Of a stretch of 64,000 nt of DNA, positions 58,274-64,000 are shown one piece after another (position 1 is the stretch's first letter; each line of letters starts with the position of its first letter). A program made the position numbers and the translations under genes. Origin of the DNA: an uncultured Gammaproteobacteria bacterium (GTDB lineage Bacteria > Patescibacteriota > Microgenomatia > Levybacterales > GWA1-39-11). The notes under the pieces are model-generated. The model saw only the letters and a list, made by a program, of their open reading frames with translations, was not told the origin of the DNA and ran no database searches. The stretch covers positions 4,175 through 68,174 of the forward strand of contig CAZXFJ010000002.1 of NCBI GenBank assembly GCA_964640435.1, read 5' to 3'.

Positions 58274-59114
58274 TATGAAAATATTAATTACAGGTGGGGA
58301 TGGTCAATTGGCAAAATCTATAGCTGGATTTTATCCAGATGAAAATCTTGTTCTTGTAAGTAAAAAAGATCTTGATGTTACTGATAGGGATGGTGTTTTT
58401 CAAAAAATATCTGAACAAAAACCTGATATAGTATTTCATTTTGCATCACTTACTCGAGGGGATGAATGCACTAAAAATCCTGAGCTGGCGCATAAAATAA
58501 ATGTTGTGGGCACGGAAAATGTTGTAAAGGCAGTAAAGAGGTTAGGTATTGAACTGGTTTTTGTAAGTACTAACGAAGTTTTTGACGGGGAGAAAAAAGA
58601 TCCTTATACTGAAGATGATTCACCAAATCCAATAACCGTTGTTGGTGAAACGAAATATGATGCTGAAAAGAAAATTAGGGAAAATTTGGAAAAGTACTAC
58701 ATTATTAGAACTTCCTGGCTATTTAGTAAATGGAGTAACAATTTTCTCCAGGCCATATTTAAAAAAGCAAAAGATAAGAAAAGGGTGGAGCTTGTCGTAG
58801 ATGAAGTAAGTTCACCTACATATTCAATAGATCTTGCAAAAGCTATTAAAGAGCTTGTTGATACAGGTAAATATGGGATATATAACCTGGCAAATTCGGG
58901 ACAAGCATCACGCCTTGAGTTTGCAAAAAAAGCATTTGAGTTAAAAGGACTATCTGATGTTGAAATTAATCCTTTACCTTTAGCCTCTTTTAATAGGTTA
59001 TCAAAGCCACCTCTTTTTACTCCGTTGTCTATTAAGAAGGCAAACGGCTTAGGTATTAATATCAGAGACTGGGAAAGTGCATTAGCTGAATTTCTTTCAG
59101 AGAACAATATATGA
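58263..59114 (+). CDS. rfbD: dTDP-4-dehydrorhamnose reductase (RmlD)-family SDR with catalytic Tyr substituted
   Basis: 'GGDGQL', 'STNEVFDG', 'PY.E.D.PNP', 'RTSW' and 'SPTY'. The YxxxK motif reads VGETK. Confidence 0.75.
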   Translation: MSNNMKILITGGDGQLAKSIAGFYPDENLVLVSKKDLDVTDRDGVFQKISEQKPDIVFHFASLTRGDECTKNPELAHKINVVGTENVVKAVKRLGIELVFVSTNEVFDGEKKDPYTEDDSPNPITVVGETKYDAEKKIRENLEKYYIIRTSWLFSKWSNNFLQAIFKKAKDKKRVELVVDEVSSPTYSIDLAKAIKELVDTGKYGIYNLANSGQASRLEFAKKAFELKGLSDVEINPLPLASFNRLSKPPLFTPLSIKKANGLGINIRDWESALAEFLSENNI

Positions 59115-59956
59115 AAAAAAATAAATTAATTTCTATTGTTATTCCTACTCGAAATTCTGCAATAGTTTTGGAGAATTGTCTCAAAAGCATAAAAGAGCAA
59201 AATTATAAACCCGTAGAAGTGATTATTGCTGATGGTAGATCCACTGATAATGTTCGTGAACTTGCTGAAAAATATAATTGTCGATATTTTAAGTACAAAA
59301 CACACTTACGTGAAGTCTATTTTGATGCGCCTCACAAAATTAATTTTGGTGCGTCCAAAGCCAGGGGAGATTATATATATTGGTTAGATGCTGATATGGA
59401 ATTAACCCCCAATCTTCTCGCAGAAGCGGTAAGGCTTTGTGAAGAGGGGGCTGGTGCTGTAATTTTACCTGAAGATTCATTCGGAGAAGGGATTTGGGCA
59501 AAAGCGAAACAACTTGAAAGAAGATGTTATTGGGGTGATGATTCTGTAGAATCTCCAAGATTTTTCAAAAAAAGTGTCTGGGAGGAGATTGGTGGATTTG
59601 ATTTATCCCTTGGTGCTGGAGGAAATGACTGGGATCTACATATACAAGTTCTTGAACATGGATACAAAGTTGCTCGAACAAAAAATATTGTACGACATAA
59701 TGAAGGAAATTTAAATCTAATAAAACTTTTTAAAAAAAGATTTATGTATGGTAGAGAAGCAGTTAAGTATATTGGTAAAAGACCCAAAGCGAGTTTTGCC
59801 AACTTCTTTCCGATAAGGTATTCCTATATTAAAAACTGGAGAAGTTTCGCCAAGCAGCCAATAACTACTGGCGCTTTTGTAGTAATGCGTACGGTTGAGT
59901 ATACTGGAGGATTTTTGGGAATTGTTACTAATTCAATGGAGAAGAAGAAAAAATAA
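59111..59956 (+). CDS. GT2 glycosyltransferase
   Basis: 'IPTRN', 'DGRSTD', 'LDADM' and 'GGFD'. Confidence 0.87.
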   Translation: MKKNKLISIVIPTRNSAIVLENCLKSIKEQNYKPVEVIIADGRSTDNVRELAEKYNCRYFKYKTHLREVYFDAPHKINFGASKARGDYIYWLDADMELTPNLLAEAVRLCEEGAGAVILPEDSFGEGIWAKAKQLERRCYWGDDSVESPRFFKKSVWEEIGGFDLSLGAGGNDWDLHIQVLEHGYKVARTKNIVRHNEGNLNLIKLFKKRFMYGREAVKYIGKRPKASFANFFPIRYSYIKNWRSFAKQPITTGAFVVMRTVEYTGGFLGIVTNSMEKKKK

Positions 59957-59977
59957 AAAGCTCAATGTTGCTTTTTA
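59954..59977 (+). terminator. Weak hairpin after the GT2 stop (possible terminator)
   Basis: TAAAAAGC-8 nt-GCTTTTTA inverted repeat; the stem is GC-poor. Confidence 0.3.
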
Positions 59978-60055
59978 ATAAATTTTGAATATAATTTTAT
60001 ACGTAATAGTGGTATTTTATCTTATTATACCGCTATAATAGTTAGTTATTCTTAT

Positions 60056-61057
60056 ATGATAAAGAAAACAAAAAAAACTATAAAATCGAGAGGTAAAACA
60101 GCGCTAGTTTTAGGTGCCGGAGGTTTTATAGGTAACCACTTAGTAAAAAGGCTTAAATCCGAAGGGTACTTTGTTAGAGGAGCTGATATCAGAAAACCAG
60201 AATACGGAAAAAGTCTTGCCGATGAATTTATGATTGTTGATCTTCGAAGGCAAAAAAGCTTTGAGAAGGTTATGGATAAGCCATTTGATGAGGTATATCA
60301 GCTTGCAGCAGATATGGGTGGGGCTGGTTATATTTTCACTGGTGAACATGATGCAGATGTAATGCATAATTCTGCATTAATTAATCTAAATGCTCTTCAG
60401 TATGGACAAAAAGCAGGAATAAGGAAAATATTTTTCTCCTCATCTGCATGTATATATCCTGAACACAATCAAGTTGATCCTGATAATCCAAACTGCGAAG
60501 AATCTTCAGCTTACCCAGCAAATCCGGATAGTGAATATGGTTGGGAGAAGTTGTTTAGCGAGAGAATGTTTCTTGCATATCATAGAAATTATGGCATGAA
60601 TATTAGAATAGCAAGATTCCATAATATTTTTGGTCCAGAGGGAGCTTGGAATAATGGTAAAGAAAAGTCACCAGCAGCAATATGCAGGAAAATTGCGCAA
60701 GCACCTGATGGTGGAACAATTGAGATGTGGGGTGACGGCGAACAAACACGCACATACCTATATATAGATGAGTGCCTGGAAGGTGTAAGACGATTAATGG
60801 ACTCAGACTTTACAGGACCAGTTAACTTAGGTTCAGATGAAATGGTAAGTCTTAACGAGCTTGCTGAAATGGTAATGAAGATTGCAGGCAAAAAAGTTAA
60901 AATTAAACACATTAAGGGGCCCTTAGGTGTGAGAGGTAGAACTTCTGATAATAAGCTAATTAAAAAGAAATTAGGTTGGAAACCTAAGCAACCACTTGTT
61001 GACGGTATGACAAAGACATATGAGTGGATAAATGAACAAGTTAGGAAAGCAAAATAA
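60056..61057 (+). CDS. GDP-mannose 3,5-epimerase (GME)-like extended SDR
   Basis: 'GAGGFIG', 'LAADMGGAG', 'SSACIYP', 'YGWEK', 'RFHNIFGP', 'EKSPAAICRK' and 'WGDGEQTR' match GME motifs. Confidence 0.85.
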   Translation: MIKKTKKTIKSRGKTALVLGAGGFIGNHLVKRLKSEGYFVRGADIRKPEYGKSLADEFMIVDLRRQKSFEKVMDKPFDEVYQLAADMGGAGYIFTGEHDADVMHNSALINLNALQYGQKAGIRKIFFSSSACIYPEHNQVDPDNPNCEESSAYPANPDSEYGWEKLFSERMFLAYHRNYGMNIRIARFHNIFGPEGAWNNGKEKSPAAICRKIAQAPDGGTIEMWGDGEQTRTYLYIDECLEGVRRLMDSDFTGPVNLGSDEMVSLNELAEMVMKIAGKKVKIKHIKGPLGVRGRTSDNKLIKKKLGWKPKQPLVDGMTKTYEWINEQVRKAK

Positions 61058-61059
61058 AT

Positions 61060-61872
61060 ATGATTAAAAATTTGGTAATTGGTTCTGATGGATTTATTGG
61101 TAAACCTTTTTGTGAGTATCTATCACAAAAAGGGGAAGAAGTTATTCGTTTTGACATTAAGCGAAACAGTAAGGAAGATGGTAGAAGCTATAAATTTGAT
61201 CTTAAAAAAATAGACAGGGTATATTTTTTAGCTTGGGATGTTGGGGGTTCAAAATACTTATACGATAAAAAACTTCAAATGGGGCAACTTAAGTGGAACC
61301 TCGACTTAATGCGTAATGTGTTTGACGCAATAGAGAAAGAGAAAAAAGATTTCCTTTTTGTTTCTAGTCAATTGGCTGAGGAATGTGACACAGTATACGG
61401 CGTAACTAAAAGACTTGGCGAAGTATGGACTAGTGAACTTGGAGGAGTTTGTGTTAGGGTTTGGAATGCGTATGGTTATATGGAGCCAAACGATGTTAAA
61501 AGTCATGTGATATCCGATTTTGTTCATCAAGCTCTCACCACAAAAAAAATAAAAATGATGACAAAAGGAGAGGAGTCAAGACAGTTTACTCATATAAATG
61601 ATCTCTCAAAATCATTTCATATGGCACTTTCTTTGAAAAATCGTACTCGAACAGTATTTGACGCAAGTAGCTACGAGTGGGCTAGGATTATAGATATTGC
61701 AAATATAATAGCAGAATTAACAGGTGCAAAAGTAATTCAAGGAAAGAGTAATGGGCATGATCCATTACCTTCAAAAAACATGGGTAGAGTTCCCGGATGG
61801 CTTCCCGGTATCACCCTGCGCGATGGAATAAGCGCGATGATTGATCAGGCCAAAAGTATAAATAATGGCTAG
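61060..61872 (+). CDS. NAD-dependent epimerase/dehydratase (compact SDR)
   Basis: 'GSDGFIG', 'SS', 'YGVTK', 'NAYG' and 'RQFTHI'. Confidence 0.8.
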   Translation: MIKNLVIGSDGFIGKPFCEYLSQKGEEVIRFDIKRNSKEDGRSYKFDLKKIDRVYFLAWDVGGSKYLYDKKLQMGQLKWNLDLMRNVFDAIEKEKKDFLFVSSQLAEECDTVYGVTKRLGEVWTSELGGVCVRVWNAYGYMEPNDVKSHVISDFVHQALTTKKIKMMTKGEESRQFTHINDLSKSFHMALSLKNRTRTVFDASSYEWARIIDIANIIAELTGAKVIQGKSNGHDPLPSKNMGRVPGWLPGITLRDGISAMIDQAKSINNG

Positions 61873-63103
61873 CAAAGTTAATAACCCTCTTTCAAAGAAT
61901 TCAACTATCCTCTTCTTAACATTTTCAAGATGGGTTGATGGAAAGCGTCTTCCTACAACAGGTAGTCTTGATCCCTTAAGAGATTATTTGGTTCCTAAAA
62001 TTAAAAAACTAGTGATTATTGACCAGGTTCATCCAGGGAGTGATAGGGTAATGCCAATAATTGAGGAGTATAAAGATCAAAGTGGAAAGGTTAAGCTTCA
62101 CAAGTCTTCATGGGTAGTATATTTATTAAAACCATTCTTGCCTTTAAATGGAACTCAGAAGACCCAAATTTCATATAAGTTAAGAGATTTTCTTTCAGTA
62201 ATAGATTGGTCTTTCCGAGATAAAACCAAATTCGATTACTATATCTGCCTTGAAAGTATTAATGCCATAGCAGCTATTTTGATGAGAAAAATGGGAAGAG
62301 TAAAAAAAGTAGTTTATTATGTTTCTGATTACTCCCCTAAAAGATATCCAAGTAAATGGTTTAATTACGTATATCTAATGCTCGATCGATTTGCAGCAAT
62401 GCATTCTGATTACATATGGGATGTATCACCAGCAATGCAGAAAGCACGTATTAGCATAGGACTTGATCCTAAAAAATCTGCTCCAGTGATCGATGTTCCT
62501 AATGGTTTATATCCTGCACAGATTGAAGCAAATCCTATTTCTAAAATTGATAAACACTCTTTTATATATATGGGTACAGTCGGAGCTGAGAATGGACCTG
62601 ATATTGCTATAAAAGCTTTGGCAATTGTTAGAAAAAAATTTAAAGATGCAAAACTTCATATAATTGGAGGTACAGAAAAAGATTTTGAGTGGCTTGCAAA
62701 ACTTGTAAAAAAATTAAAACTTGAAAAAGCAGTAATTTCACATGGTTTTGTTGAAGATGGACTTGAAATGTCTAGAATCATAAGATCTTGTGCGATAGGA
62801 GTTGCTCCGTATCGTGATATTCCTGGTTCAATAAGGCACTATGCAGATGCTGGTAAAATTAGAGCATATTGTGCATCAGGTTTGCCAGTCGTAAGTTCCC
62901 ATGTTCCTCCGCTTGGCTTAGAAGTTGCAAAAAAGGGAGCAGCAATCGTTGTTAAAGATACTCCGGAGGAATTTGCAGATGCAATAATGGATATTTTTTC
63001 AAATAATTCTTTGTATTTAAAATTAAGGAAAAATGCTATTCTTTTTGGTAAAAATAACACATGGAATAATACATTTAAAAATGCATTCTCAAAAATGAAA
63101 TGA
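61865..63103 (+). CDS. GT4-like glycosyltransferase
   Basis: 'VPNG', 'YMGTV' and 'GKIRAYCASGLPVV'. Confidence 0.8.
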   Translation: MASKVNNPLSKNSTILFLTFSRWVDGKRLPTTGSLDPLRDYLVPKIKKLVIIDQVHPGSDRVMPIIEEYKDQSGKVKLHKSSWVVYLLKPFLPLNGTQKTQISYKLRDFLSVIDWSFRDKTKFDYYICLESINAIAAILMRKMGRVKKVVYYVSDYSPKRYPSKWFNYVYLMLDRFAAMHSDYIWDVSPAMQKARISIGLDPKKSAPVIDVPNGLYPAQIEANPISKIDKHSFIYMGTVGAENGPDIAIKALAIVRKKFKDAKLHIIGGTEKDFEWLAKLVKKLKLEKAVISHGFVEDGLEMSRIIRSCAIGVAPYRDIPGSIRHYADAGKIRAYCASGLPVVSSHVPPLGLEVAKKGAAIVVKDTPEEFADAIMDIFSNNSLYLKLRKNAILFGKNNTWNNTFKNAFSKMK

Positions 63104-63999
63104 AGAAATCTATCAAGAAGCAACAAGGCGGACACGATTTTAACTATGAAGAAGTTATTATGGGTGTGTTTCAGGGGAGAAAAAAAGGTTTTGCAAAGGA
63201 GATTTACCAGAAAAAACCTGAACTTCGAAGAGTTGTGGATATGGTCAAAATTAAAAAAGGAAGATTACTTGATATTGGTTGTGGAGGAGGGTATGTTACA
63301 GAGTGTCTTCCAAAATATTACCCAAAAGTAAAAATATATGGTTGTGATGTAAGTGCCACAGCAATAAAATATGCGAAGAAGTTTGGAACAGGCAAAGTAT
63401 CATACAAAGTTATGCAAAAAAAGCTTCCATACCCCTCCAATTATTTTGACGCAATAACTTGTCTTGATGTTCTGGAGCATATTCCAGACGTTGATTTTTT
63501 TATTCGTGAGGTAAGAAGAGTATTGAAAAAAGATGGTGTATTTTTCGGTGCAATTCCATGTGAAGGACAACCATTTACATTTAGTTGGTTTTTTAGAAAA
63601 GTAGGTTTTTGGGGTGATCTAACATATAAACATGTTGGGCACATTCATCCCGAGTTTACTCATAAGTACGTCATGGATCTTTTCACAAAAAAAGGTTTTG
63701 AAGTTGTTGATAAAAGATATGCAGAGAGACTTCCCGTACAATTTCTCCGATATTTCCAATTCATGATTCCTAAAGAAATTTTCGAACTTTTCGTAGGTGA
63801 GAAAAAGGCTTCTGCATATTACGACAGAAGCATTGCTGTGAGTAAAGTTGTAAAAAAAGATCCTTTTATGTTTTTGAGAAATTCATGTTATAAAATTCGC
63901 GACTACACAAAAATAATTGATGATATTGATGCCGAGAAATTTAAAAATTCCTCTTTTGGGGCTTGGAAAATAAACTTACTCGTATCTGTTAAAAAATAA
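63100..63999 (+). CDS. Class I SAM-dependent methyltransferase
   Basis: 'LLDIGCGGG', 'GCDVS', 'FDAITCLDVLEHI' and 'RVLKKDG'. Confidence 0.88.
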   Translation: MKKSIKKQQGGHDFNYEEVIMGVFQGRKKGFAKEIYQKKPELRRVVDMVKIKKGRLLDIGCGGGYVTECLPKYYPKVKIYGCDVSATAIKYAKKFGTGKVSYKVMQKKLPYPSNYFDAITCLDVLEHIPDVDFFIREVRRVLKKDGVFFGAIPCEGQPFTFSWFFRKVGFWGDLTYKHVGHIHPEFTHKYVMDLFTKKGFEVVDKRYAERLPVQFLRYFQFMIPKEIFELFVGEKKASAYYDRSIAVSKVVKKDPFMFLRNSCYKIRDYTKIIDDIDAEKFKNSSFGAWKINLLVSVKK

Positions 64000-64000
64000 G

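Noticed and set aside
2249-63644. Numerous 60-170 aa alternative-frame and antisense ORFs in the track (e.g. 2858-3310, 9741-10190, 25045-25506, 27937-28452, 38337-38741, 58697-59107)
   Set aside because: They lie within or almost wholly overlap longer motif-bearing CDSs and show no recognisable motifs, so they are treated as shadow ORFs.
1-64000. CRISPR array, rRNA, IS/transposase, DGR or retron
   Set aside because: No regularly spaced repeats, RT or transposase motifs, or long non-coding stretches were seen; all gaps are about 100 nt or less. A subtle repeat could be missed by eye.
1-64000. Alternative genetic code (UGA=Gly, as in Gracilibacteria/Absconditabacteria)
   Set aside because: Code-11 ORFs are full length and tile the window, and TGA stops coincide with ATGA gene junctions.

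Overview
AT-rich, very gene-dense bacterial DNA in standard code 11 (TGA acts as a stop at 556-558, 4742-4744 and 12918-12920). It is most likely from a Patescibacteria/CPR (Microgenomates-like) genome; this is inferred from DUF5652- and DUF5667-like genes, leaderless-type gene starts and the expansion of membrane glycosyltransferases. Positions 1-584 hold the 3' end of a probable large serine recombinase whose reading frame runs antisense into a tRNA-Glu(CTC), which suggests the edge of an integrated element. Positions 642-9422 hold mixed stress and housekeeping genes: DinB, a split chromate-transporter pair, an M49-like peptidase, an atypical family-4 UDG coupled to an AlkZ-like glycosylase, purK, trhO and purB. 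Positions 9460-63999 are one nearly uninterrupted, co-directional ~54.5 kb surface-glycosylation locus. It carries 18 multi-TM GT-C-type (lipid-phosphosugar-dependent) transferase-like genes of five subtypes, 10 GT2 (four of polyprenol-P-sugar synthase type), 4 GT4, 2 Wzx-like flippases, galE, a GDP-mannose 3,5-epimerase-like SDR, an RmlD-like SDR lacking the catalytic Tyr, a deacetylase/formyltransferase/ArnT-like trio and a SAM methyltransferase. No Wzy, Wzz, WaaL or initiating phospho-GT was recognised. All family calls come from motif recognition by eye; no searches were run. No CRISPR array, rRNA or IS element was seen.
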